A DNA stretch of 64,000 bases, taken from the IMG/VR virus record IMGVR_UViG_3300021197_001898. One strand, 5' to 3'. The notes beneath the pieces are model-generated. The model worked only from the letters and a program-made list of their open reading frames with translations, had not been told where the DNA came from and ran no database searches. Made by a program: the position numbers and the translations under genes. Every line of letters begins with the position of its first letter. Position 1 is the stretch's first letter. Below, piece after piece: positions 47,318 to 55,487 of this stretch. Source of the DNA: a virus.

Positions 47318-48604
47318 TTATGCTTTTTTAGCGGCCTCATGGAGGTCGATTAGGCTGCCCAGTCGCATTTCACGATTGTCTGGATTAAACTCCCAGTGCC
47401 ACGGTTCTGCTTCATAATTATAGAAGCCAAAAAATTCAGCATTCTCTTTAAGCCAAAGAAACGCAGGAGTGGACTTCATTTTGCTGATATTGGCCTTCTT
47501 TATCGGATACCCCAAATAAAAGTCGACAGCTCTTCCACTGTGGTGTCTAGAACTTCCGGGCTTTGCAACGAACTTTCGACACTCTCGATCTGATGAATAT
47601 TTTGGTCGATTTTTATCCCATATCTTTTGTTGGTGGGGTACCGATCGATGACCAGAAGCACAACGAAGAAGAGGGTCTGTAATACCATCTTGAGATGCTG
47701 CAATGAGCAAACCCTGATATGCATTGAAAGTGTTGGTTTCCAATTTGTGCCTTCTTTTCTTTCCGTCGCGGCCTCTGACTCCTTCAAACGTCTTTAAGTC
47801 TCTGGCCTTTGGTTCTTTGTTCCTCTTTATCCTTCCGCCTCCGCGCTCTCCAAAATCCACCATCGGAACTGAAGTATGGTAACCCAAACCAGCAACGGTC
47901 GCGGCGGCGCGGGTTGGGCCTTCTTCGGTGAACTGAGCCATGTTTGCTGCCGTGTCAATAGCGACACCAATCGTATCAAAAATTTGTGAAAGGCCTTTGC
48001 CGTCGCAGTCGCCTGAAGAAACTACTGATGCGAATCCTGCTCTATAGAGGAACTCCTCTTTGGCGGACATTGATTCTAATTCAGTTTCGGCCATACCGTG
48101 AAACACGCCAAAAGCGTGAGTTATTTTATCTGTTATCTCGACGTTACAAGGCTTGCCCAACCAAGCGGCGCGGTTGGCGCTGGCATCGTTGTTTGTGCTG
48201 AATTTGTAAAACCTTGGGAAGCGGATCTTACTTGCTGTGTCGTCTTTGCATTTTGGCTTTGGAAACATAGAGCTTGATCCGCCGGCTGGAGCGGCGTATA
48301 CGACCAATACTTTGCTTGTTAGTTTTGCCCCATCCAAAAGGTCTATCATATCCTTCAAAACAGGGTCTGGGACTTCTCCTAGTTCCATCTCTTCTGAGTG
48401 GATTACTATTGCAGGTCGGACACCAGTGACACCGTCGTCAGGGCGACGCGGAGTGTAGTAGTCCTCCAGCATTGCCTTGGTCATTCCCATCATGTCTGCG
48501 CCCGTGGCTAGACCATATTTTGTATTAGATACAGTCTTAGATGTGGTGTTTGACAACTCCCCATCAGTACCCCACTCAGGATCTAGCCAATCGCCCTTAG
48601 CCAT
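47318..48604 (-). CDS. Tail-associated Zn peptidase, M15 (VanY-like D-Ala-D-Ala peptidase) C-terminal domain
   Basis: SGHRS...AKPGSSRHHSGRAVD...EPWHWEF gives the SxHxxGxAxD and ExxH Zn-binding motifs. Confidence 0.85.
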   Translation of the reverse strand: MAKGDWLDPEWGTDGELSNTTSKTVSNTKYGLATGADMMGMTKAMLEDYYTPRRPDDGVTGVRPAIVIHSEEMELGEVPDPVLKDMIDLLDGAKLTSKVLVVYAAPAGGSSSMFPKPKCKDDTASKIRFPRFYKFSTNNDASANRAAWLGKPCNVEITDKITHAFGVFHGMAETELESMSAKEEFLYRAGFASVVSSGDCDGKGLSQIFDTIGVAIDTAANMAQFTEEGPTRAAATVAGLGYHTSVPMVDFGERGGGRIKRNKEPKARDLKTFEGVRGRDGKKRRHKLETNTFNAYQGLLIAASQDGITDPLLRCASGHRSVPHQQKIWDKNRPKYSSDRECRKFVAKPGSSRHHSGRAVDFYLGYPIKKANISKMKSTPAFLWLKENAEFFGFYNYEAEPWHWEFNPDNREMRLGSLIDLHEAAKKA

Positions 48605-48896
48605 CTTTATCTTCTCCGTTTTCTTGAATCAGATCAAATAAATCATTCTTCTCATCCTCTGTCATCTCTTCGTTTCCAGAGGTTTGCTTTTGCATCAACG
48701 CAGTCAGCTTAACTAACTGCTCATTAGATCTTTGTAATGTTTCTACGTATTTTGCGGCGATCATGCCGACTTCTTTATGGCGATCTTCAGATACAACCAT
48801 ATACTTCATCAGGCTGGTTAAGAGCGTTTTTGTGACAGCTCTGTCTTCTTTGATGTTGTCAATTGATTTTTCTATAAATTCTTGTAGTTTATCCAT
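48597..48896 (-). CDS. Small helical protein; possible T4 gp16-like small terminase
   Basis: 99 aa; RHKEV...SNEQLVKLTALMQ resembles the recalled gp16 core RHMEV...TNREILKLHKDMK; CTAATTA motif upstream. Confidence 0.4.
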   Translation of the reverse strand: MDKLQEFIEKSIDNIKEDRAVTKTLLTSLMKYMVVSEDRHKEVGMIAAKYVETLQRSNEQLVKLTALMQKQTSGNEEMTEDEKNDLFDLIQENGEDKDG

Positions 48897-48904
48897 AACA
48901 TTAT

Positions 48905-48911
48905 TAATTAG
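48905..48911 (-). promoter_or_regulatory. Candidate late-promoter motif CTAATTA
   Basis: In the 21-nt gap downstream of the sigma gene, about 9 nt upstream of the 48896 start. Confidence 0.45.
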
Positions 48912-48917
48912 CCTAGA

Positions 48918-49634
48918 TCATCTTTTTTCATAGGCACCGCGATCCCATTTCGTTTTAAAAATCCGATATTTAGATCTAAGCTTGTTTAGGTTATTTACAA
49001 CTTGTTTCGTATTGAGGCCAGTCAGCTCGCGGAGATAAAGATAAACAGCCTTCTTATTAAAGATTTCTATTTGATCTGCACTGTTTAAAAGAACCTTTAC
49101 AGCTTCAACCACTCTCTTCTCATTTTCTTTCAAGTCCATCGAATCCCAACGATCAATCTCAAACAAAAGAGATTGCCAGAACTCTTGCTGTTCCCTCAGG
49201 TCAATGTAAGTGTCGTCATCCGTAACCAAGTCTCTGTGTGCGGATTCATATATCAGCTCTTCATAGCTGATTTCTTTTTTTGTTCTTGCTGAATTCTTCT
49301 TTAATTTGTGAATAAACCAGTGCTTTGTTACCACACTGAAATAAGAGAAAGCCTTTGATCCCTTGTTCGGATCATACTTATCAAGAATCGTTGTTAGCCA
49401 TATCTTACACTCCTCTTTTAAAGGGTCGATATTTGGCAAAGTTGTAAACTTATAGGTATAAGTTATCTTTTCAACCATCTCGTGGAAGGCTGGCTGTATA
49501 AAATCGACGTACAGCCTTGTTCTGATTTTGTTATCATCAGTCTTCGTATACTCTACTATTGCATTTTCATGAACCTTAGTAAAGTAATAATTCTTAGTTC
49601 GCTTCTTCCTCTTCTTCTTCAGTATCTTGGTCAA
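48918..49634 (-). CDS. Phage RNA polymerase sigma factor (gp55-like late sigma), TTG start
   Basis: ILDKYDPNKGSKAFSYFSVVTKHWFI matches sigma region 2 (FDPxKG-F/Y-xY); C-terminal LYLRELTGLNTKQVVNNLNKL is HTH-like. Confidence 0.75.
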   Translation of the reverse strand: MTKILKKKRKKRTKNYYFTKVHENAIVEYTKTDDNKIRTRLYVDFIQPAFHEMVEKITYTYKFTTLPNIDPLKEECKIWLTTILDKYDPNKGSKAFSYFSVVTKHWFIHKLKKNSARTKKEISYEELIYESAHRDLVTDDDTYIDLREQQEFWQSLLFEIDRWDSMDLKENEKRVVEAVKVLLNSADQIEIFNKKAVYLYLRELTGLNTKQVVNNLNKLRSKYRIFKTKWDRGAYEKR

Positions 49635-49935
49635 GATTTAAGTCCTCGTTTATTTCTTCATCTTCGACGACAAGCATAAAAATGTCTTCATACTTGTCTA
49701 ATTCACCTATAATGCTCTTCGTATGGTCAATCAACGCTTTTAGCGATTCATCACCATAATACATCTCAGTTTCATAAAGCGCTTCGACGTGCGCTTGAAA
49801 TGCGGTAAACTCATCCTGTAGGGAGTATAAGTTACTTGAAACAACCAGCAACTTACGTGCACATAAGACAGCGTACCAGATCGCGACTCCGTTAATCAAA
49901 ACAGATAAAATCAATGCTATAACTAAATATGTCAT
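49594..49935 (-). CDS. Membrane-anchored coiled-coil hypothetical protein with acidic tail
   Basis: N-terminal TM LVIALILSVLINGVAIWYAVL; C-terminal DTEEEEEEAN. Confidence 0.7.
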   Translation of the reverse strand: MTYLVIALILSVLINGVAIWYAVLCARKLLVVSSNLYSLQDEFTAFQAHVEALYETEMYYGDESLKALIDHTKSIIGELDKYEDIFMLVVEDEEINEDLNLDQDTEEEEEEAN

Positions 49936-50189
49936 TTCTTTTCCATCTCCTGCCTCGAAGACTTCTTGTCTTCGCGTAAGTCTTCTTTCGCTTGTTTGAT
50001 GTGATCTTTTACGACATCACCAACTTTAGCGTCTCTCTCTGGCGGCTTCAGGGCGCCGATAAGTGCTGGTATCTTTTCTAATTTACCCTTGAAGGAGCAC
50101 AAGATACATTCTTCCTGTTCCTCTTTCATCGAGTGCATTATTTCAAATGCTTTATCACATTCACTACAGTGATAAGTATACCTAGGCAT
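49932..50189 (-). CDS. FmdB-family zinc-ribbon protein
   Basis: MPRYTYHCSEC...FE...CILC pattern. Confidence 0.8.
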   Translation of the reverse strand: MPRYTYHCSECDKAFEIMHSMKEEQEECILCSFKGKLEKIPALIGALKPPERDAKVGDVVKDHIKQAKEDLREDKKSSRQEMEKK

Positions 50190-50410
50190 TAATCACTACC
50201 AACTGTTTTAAAGTTCTCGTCTACCTTGCTAGCCGCTTCGATAGGCTCTTGATCAAACTTAAAAACAGGAGGGTTCATAACAGTAAGCTCTTCATTTTCA
50301 TTTACTTGAAAATTAAACTCTCTCAAAACTGGTACGATATCTGTCTGCTCTATTAATGACTTTTGCAAAGCCATCATGATGGCACCTAATGCCTGATCTG
50401 AAATTCTCAT
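50189..50410 (-). CDS. Small hypothetical protein
   Basis: 73 aa; GGAG RBS and TAATG coupling to the next gene. Confidence 0.7.
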   Translation of the reverse strand: MRISDQALGAIMMALQKSLIEQTDIVPVLREFNFQVNENEELTVMNPPVFKFDQEPIEAASKVDENFKTVGSD

Positions 50411-50411
50411 A

Positions 50412-51269
50412 TTATTTCTCCTTTTCTTCTACTACTGCTCGTCCTTTTAGATTTTCCCAATCTTTCTCTGGTCGAACTTCTAGATTTGTTTGCCAAGCTG
50501 CTTTAATCACATTGGCGTTTACTCCGCACTTGTCTGCAAAGTCGATGAAAGCGTTTATGTCTTTTGGAAAGCAACTCCCTCCAAATCCCCATTTGCCGTC
50601 AGGGCCTGGGACGTTAAGGTGAGAATCACCGACGCGACCGTCAGCTGCAAAGCCTGCGAGGGCTAAATCCCAGTCGACTCCAGCCTTTTGACACACAAGC
50701 TTCATTTCATTGGCGAAGGCCACCTTAACAGAGAAGAAAACATTATTAAAATATTTTACGAATTCTGCTGTATTGTGGTCCATCTCCATAATGTTGCAGT
50801 GCTTAAACCTCAATCTATATAATTGAGCTACTCGTTCCGTGTGTGCAGGCTCTCCACCCAATACAATTCTTGCCTGATTTAGAAAGTCGTATTTTGCATG
50901 TCGTTCTGTGAGGAACTCTGGGTTAAATACAATGTTCAGGTTTGGATGCTCTTCGCACAAGGACTTTGTCGTCCCCGGAGTGACTGTTGATTTAATGATC
51001 ACTACGTTGTCATCTCTTGTATTGACACGACCAATGTCACTCAGCACAGCGCGGACAATGGCCAAGCTTATTGATCCGTCTTTATTCATTGGAGTCGGGA
51101 CCGAAACAAAGATAATGTCTGACCCGTTTACCGTCTCCTCTAAAGAATTCATACTTCGAAGAGGGTCCTTGTCGTGGACGTGTACGGGTAACACCGGTAC
51201 AAAACCGAAGCCTATCGCCTGTCCTACGAAGCCATTCCCAATGACTCCTACTGCCTTAATATCACTCAT
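50412..51269 (-). CDS. ugd: UDP-glucose/GDP-mannose dehydrogenase family protein (lacks C-terminal domain)
   Basis: GNGFVG, FVSVPTP, IKSTVTPGT, FNPEFLTE, AEFVKYFNN and GFGGSCFPKD with the catalytic Cys; only 285 aa. Confidence 0.9.
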   Translation of the reverse strand: MSDIKAVGVIGNGFVGQAIGFGFVPVLPVHVHDKDPLRSMNSLEETVNGSDIIFVSVPTPMNKDGSISLAIVRAVLSDIGRVNTRDDNVVIIKSTVTPGTTKSLCEEHPNLNIVFNPEFLTERHAKYDFLNQARIVLGGEPAHTERVAQLYRLRFKHCNIMEMDHNTAEFVKYFNNVFFSVKVAFANEMKLVCQKAGVDWDLALAGFAADGRVGDSHLNVPGPDGKWGFGGSCFPKDINAFIDFADKCGVNANVIKAAWQTNLEVRPEKDWENLKGRAVVEEKEK

Positions 51270-52110
51270 CTACAAACTCCGAAAAACATTTCTTTATCCC
51301 TTCTGATATGTTCACTTTTGGTGTCCAACCTAGATCTAAAAGAGGTTGAATATTTGCCCTTGTCAATTTGACATCTCCAGGTCGGTCGGGAACATACTCG
51401 AAATCTAGATCCGGCAAAGACTCTAACACTGCTGACTTCATCTGGTTCAAAGAAATATTATTTCCTGTTCCAACATCCAGCGCTTTTCCTAGTAGATCTT
51501 TATTGGATCTGTTGTTCATACAAAAAATATTAGCAGAAACGACATCACTAACGTGAGCCATGTCTCTTCTCTGTTCTCCATCACCTGTTATATATGGCGT
51601 CTTACCATCCTGAATAAACCTTCTCCAGTTCGCCACGCAAGTAGCGTATGGACCTTCGGCAACCTGGTCAACAGAATACACGTTAAAGTATCTAAGAGCA
51701 ACAGTGTCCAGCCCGTAAAGACGATTGTACAAAAGAGTCTCAATTTCTCCGACGTACTTCGACAAAGCGTATGGACTCTCTGGTCCGCTACCATTGCCTT
51801 CCACTGAAGAAGAACTGGAGTAGACTACCATTGCTCCTACTTCTTTTGCAAACTCTAATACCAAAGAAGTCGAATGGACATTGTTGTGCATAACTTCCAC
51901 CGGGAATTCAATACTATATACGACTCTAGGAATTGCTGCTAAATGGAAAACCACTTCTGGTTTGAAGTCATAGTGCTTTTGCTTGAAGCCGTTCAAGATA
52001 TCTTCATCTTCTTTTAAATCAATCCCCATGACATTGTGGCCCAGGGCTTCTAACTCTCTAAAAAGATTGCCGCCAATATAGCCCTTATGTCCGGTAACTA
52101 GTAGATTCAT
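51262..52110 (-). CDS. NAD-dependent epimerase/dehydratase (extended SDR)
   Basis: LVTGHKGYIG, FHLAA, SSSS, YALSK (YxxxK), LRYFNVY and RDMAHVSD. Confidence 0.92.
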   Translation of the reverse strand: MNLLVTGHKGYIGGNLFRELEALGHNVMGIDLKEDEDILNGFKQKHYDFKPEVVFHLAAIPRVVYSIEFPVEVMHNNVHSTSLVLEFAKEVGAMVVYSSSSSVEGNGSGPESPYALSKYVGEIETLLYNRLYGLDTVALRYFNVYSVDQVAEGPYATCVANWRRFIQDGKTPYITGDGEQRRDMAHVSDVVSANIFCMNNRSNKDLLGKALDVGTGNNISLNQMKSAVLESLPDLDFEYVPDRPGDVKLTRANIQPLLDLGWTPKVNISEGIKKCFSEFVDE

Positions 52111-52790
52111 TAGGTGTAGCCTGCCTTTTTCAACTCTTCCTCAAAAGAGACCAGCTCTTCTGGTGTACAAATATCCTTGTATGCGTCCCTGTTTCTACCA
52201 ATCCCCTTCGCACTTAGCTTTCTCTTCCCGTAATCCGTTTTATCGCCCTTCCCAGCCCTAGCAAGAACCGAGACATTCCAGTCGAAAACCCAATCATCAA
52301 CATATTCTGGATAATTAGAAAAGTGGTCTTTTCTTTGAATACCGAAGATATTGCTAATGTTCTCTTGAATTCTATTTGGAGACTTAACAAGATCCTCATA
52401 CCGGACTTCGTAATCAATGATGTCTGAATATTTCTCTCTTTGCTTCATTGCCGAGAGATACCTTTCAGGCTTAACATAGTTGCCGTCTGACAGGACAACG
52501 TCGCGTCCGTCTCTTATAACATTGATGATTCCAATATCATTTTTTCTTATCCACTCAATCTGGTCTTCGAACTCTGGCTCTTCCAGATTACTCAAAACAC
52601 ACGGAGGAAGCCTTTTCCCAATAAGGAATCTCTTGTCGGAATCTAAATTGACAAATTCACTTAAAGGTAGCTCGTGACCGTTGAACCCAGTCCTATAGGC
52701 TACTTCAGTGTCTTTGAATCCAAAGCACATTCTCAAGAGTAATGTTGTGCCTGTCTTTGCGCACCCTGTTATGAAAATTTTTCTTGCCAT
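52110..52790 (-). CDS. Sulfotransferase family protein
   Basis: 5'-PSB loop ITGCAKTGTTLL, 3'-PB motif IRDGRDVVLS, and VRYEDLV. Confidence 0.8.
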   Translation of the reverse strand: MARKIFITGCAKTGTTLLLRMCFGFKDTEVAYRTGFNGHELPLSEFVNLDSDKRFLIGKRLPPCVLSNLEEPEFEDQIEWIRKNDIGIINVIRDGRDVVLSDGNYVKPERYLSAMKQREKYSDIIDYEVRYEDLVKSPNRIQENISNIFGIQRKDHFSNYPEYVDDWVFDWNVSVLARAGKGDKTDYGKRKLSAKGIGRNRDAYKDICTPEELVSFEEELKKAGYT

Positions 52791-52791
52791 T

Positions 52792-53409
52792 TTATACTTC
52801 CCAAGTCTTATATTCTGGTTGCTTTGTTTTGTTGGTATTGTGCATCCTATAACGATAGAATGGAATCTTCAGGTGATGAATACTATATTTATCTCCGAGC
52901 CTCTTTCTAAGCTCTACCTCTTCTTTGTGTCTCATCTTAGGGTTATAACCTCCAAGATCCAAAAACAAATCTCTACGATACATTATACCACAAGATATGT
53001 TTTCATTTTCAGCATATTTTCTCTCAATCGTGTTCTCGTAATCATCAACCATCACATAGTCTGAAGAAACACAAAAGGCATCATGATTTGATTCAAGATA
53101 CTTCTTCATCATATACGCCATATCTTTATTAATGTAATCGTCAGCATCAACCCTAAAAAAGAACTGACCTCTAGCGTTTTGGATTCCTAAATTAGCTGCG
53201 ACAGCTACGCCAGAATTCTTTTCAGTTTTTAAAAACCTAATCTGCTCTGAGAATGGCCGAATCATTTCGGACGAATTATCTGTGCTACAGTCATCGACAA
53301 CTATGACCTCAAACAGTAATCTTTCCTGGTTCAAACAACTCCGCAAGCAACGAGATATATATTTTCCATAATTATAATTCGTTACGATTATTGATACTTC
53401 TGGTATCAT
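52792..53409 (-). CDS. Glycosyltransferase family 2
   Basis: SIIVTNYNY, VVDDCSTD, DxD motif RVDADD. Confidence 0.9.
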   Translation of the reverse strand: MIPEVSIIVTNYNYGKYISRCLRSCLNQERLLFEVIVVDDCSTDNSSEMIRPFSEQIRFLKTEKNSGVAVAANLGIQNARGQFFFRVDADDYINKDMAYMMKKYLESNHDAFCVSSDYVMVDDYENTIERKYAENENISCGIMYRRDLFLDLGGYNPKMRHKEEVELRKRLGDKYSIHHLKIPFYRYRMHNTNKTKQPEYKTWEV

Positions 53410-54116
53410 TATTTACTCCTGATAATTTCTAATTCTCTCGTTAGGTCTTTGAACTTCTTTAGAGATTCTTGATCGAACGACCCTAAGTGACCTCCCTCAA
53501 ATCTTGATTGCGCTAACGTATTATTACTGTAGTGTTTCTCTAATATCTTTGCTCCGCTAAAGTGAGCTTGTAGTGGTGCTGCGATGCCTATTGTGTGATC
53601 ACTGTATCCAAAGTACGACCCCTTTTCAAACTTCTCTGGCATTTCTTTTAGGGCTTCGTCATGTAAAAAGGTTGGATACTTTGACACACAAAAAAGATAT
53701 CTTATTTTTTCACCGTGGCCAAATGGAAATTCCCCCTTAGCGCAAGCTCCTGTTGAAATGATGGTTGGTTTGTTTTCTTTAAGGATTGCCTCACAAAGTT
53801 TGGGGTCTTCCTTTACTGTTCTGCTTGCGATCTTGTGTCTCTTGATTCCTAGAGTCTTTGTCCAGCTAAGGCGATCCATATCAAAAGGTGTGGCCATCAA
53901 AGGAATGCTCAAGCTATCGCAGAACTCTTTAAGCTGAGCGAAGGTCTCAAAATTAATGTCACGATACTTCTTATCTGTGTTTCCAAAGAACTTTTCAGAA
54001 TCCATTAGCTGGATCTTTACAACATCTGCGCCTGCTGACCAAGCGTTGAGTGCCATTCTTTTCAACTCGGATGTGGATCCGAAGTGTTGGTTACATAAGT
54101 CAACTATTATTTCCAT
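53409..54116 (-). CDS. neuB: N-acetylneuraminate (nonulosonate) synthase family, short form
   Basis: GADVVKIQ, ATPFD, KIASR, IISTG, CVSKYPT, GYSDHTIG and LEKHY motifs; 235 aa with no C-terminal SAF/AFP domain. Confidence 0.88.
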   Translation of the reverse strand: MEIIVDLCNQHFGSTSELKRMALNAWSAGADVVKIQLMDSEKFFGNTDKKYRDINFETFAQLKEFCDSLSIPLMATPFDMDRLSWTKTLGIKRHKIASRTVKEDPKLCEAILKENKPTIISTGACAKGEFPFGHGEKIRYLFCVSKYPTFLHDEALKEMPEKFEKGSYFGYSDHTIGIAAPLQAHFSGAKILEKHYSNNTLAQSRFEGGHLGSFDQESLKKFKDLTRELEIIRSK

Positions 54117-54807
54117 TTAAATACTCCTTTAAGAGAGGAGGGGTTTTGCACCTTATCTCCAGCATCTTTTCAAAACTCATATCTTTTGTTTGGTACAGCT
54201 TCCCTCTTTGTTCCAGTGGGCACGCTGTAACCGAATCATATAATATATTATATATGCTTTCTTCCAAAATGTCAAACCCTGTGTTGCAAGTTCTCATAAA
54301 AATATCTTCTGGATTGTCTTCTATTGTTAAGCCTGTTGTATTTCTTTGTGCAACGACCTGACCACCGTCTATAGAATTGTCAATAAAGTGTAAAGTTGCC
54401 CCTACAGTATCTAACCTGCCTTCGTCGATAGCCCAAAAAGGACTGTCAACCCCTCGATGATGTTGTACTAAGCCCGTATGGATGTTCACGCATCCCCTTC
54501 TAGGGATATTATATAGGTCTTCTTTCAAAAGAGGTGCGCCAAAAACAAAACAAATTTCAGGATTAATTTCTGACAACAATCTCTTCATTCTTTTTGACCT
54601 TAACTGCTCTTTCGTGCACTGAACAATCTTTGCACTAACTGGTTCAAAGTCCTTATCTCCGAAGAATTTATTCTCCGATGCCCTAAACTGTTTATTGCCT
54701 TCCGGTTTTGACACAACAACGATGTGAGACAATTGAATGTGCTTGCCTATTCTCTCTATAAACTCTCTATGTCGAAGATTATCTGAAGTTATTGCGATAT
54801 AGTTCAT
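54100..54807 (-). CDS. Formyltransferase (N10-formyl-THF dependent), sugar N-formyltransferase-like
   Basis: CVNIHTGLVQHHRGVDSPFWAI (HxSLLPxxRG-like) and TLHFIDNSIDGGQVVAQ. Confidence 0.82.
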   Translation of the reverse strand: MNYIAITSDNLRHREFIERIGKHIQLSHIVVVSKPEGNKQFRASENKFFGDKDFEPVSAKIVQCTKEQLRSKRMKRLLSEINPEICFVFGAPLLKEDLYNIPRRGCVNIHTGLVQHHRGVDSPFWAIDEGRLDTVGATLHFIDNSIDGGQVVAQRNTTGLTIEDNPEDIFMRTCNTGFDILEESIYNILYDSVTACPLEQRGKLYQTKDMSFEKMLEIRCKTPPLLKEYLNGNNS

Positions 54808-55487
54808 AGTTTTACTGGCACTCTTCCCATTCTGGTGAAGCCTTCGCCGCGTTCTACCCCTATGGAGTATCCACGAACCCTCGTTAAACCGTCGATAAAG
54901 GACATTATTTTATTTAAAATCCCCAATTGTGAGCAATATTCTGCCATTGCTGCCTCTTTCCACTCATATGTGTCCGTTATATCTACAACGATATCCGGAT
55001 TAGGGTGAGGATCTAATATCTCGAACGACCAAAGATCTTTTACATTGTGCGTCTCTCCGAGTTCTTCTAAGATGTTCTCTGACGCTTTCCAACATGCTTC
55101 TTCGACCAATGCTGAAGTTCTCTTGTGATCGCGATGTTTACAGACTGGGTTGTGAGTTATGACAAGGTCTGGCTTGACTTCTCTAATCTTTGCTATGACC
55201 TTGTGGAAGTTTGCCTGCTTGTTTGATATTCTCTGACAGGGTAGGCGTAAATTATGAACCTTGCTGATTCCCAGTATCATTGCAACGCGCAATGCTTCAG
55301 CATCTCTAGTCGCTTCCAGATTGCCGTCATCAGTTCCCTGCTCCAGCCCTGTTGCTCCGTCAGTCATAAAGCAAACATCGATCTCTGATCCTGCAAAAGA
55401 CCACTTCCTGATTGTGCCTGCACAGCCGATTGTTTCATCGTCTTGATGTGCGGCAAATATCAATACTTTTTTAGGGACTTCGAACAC
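54804..55487 (-). CDS. PIG-L/LmbE family N-deacetylase
   Basis: AAHQDDETIGC (HxDDE) and THNP..KHRDH (HxDH) motifs. Confidence 0.88.
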   Translation of the reverse strand: MFEVPKKVLIFAAHQDDETIGCAGTIRKWSFAGSEIDVCFMTDGATGLEQGTDDGNLEATRDAEALRVAMILGISKVHNLRLPCQRISNKQANFHKVIAKIREVKPDLVITHNPVCKHRDHKRTSALVEEACWKASENILEELGETHNVKDLWSFEILDPHPNPDIVVDITDTYEWKEAAMAEYCSQLGILNKIMSFIDGLTRVRGYSIGVERGEGFTRMGRVPVKL

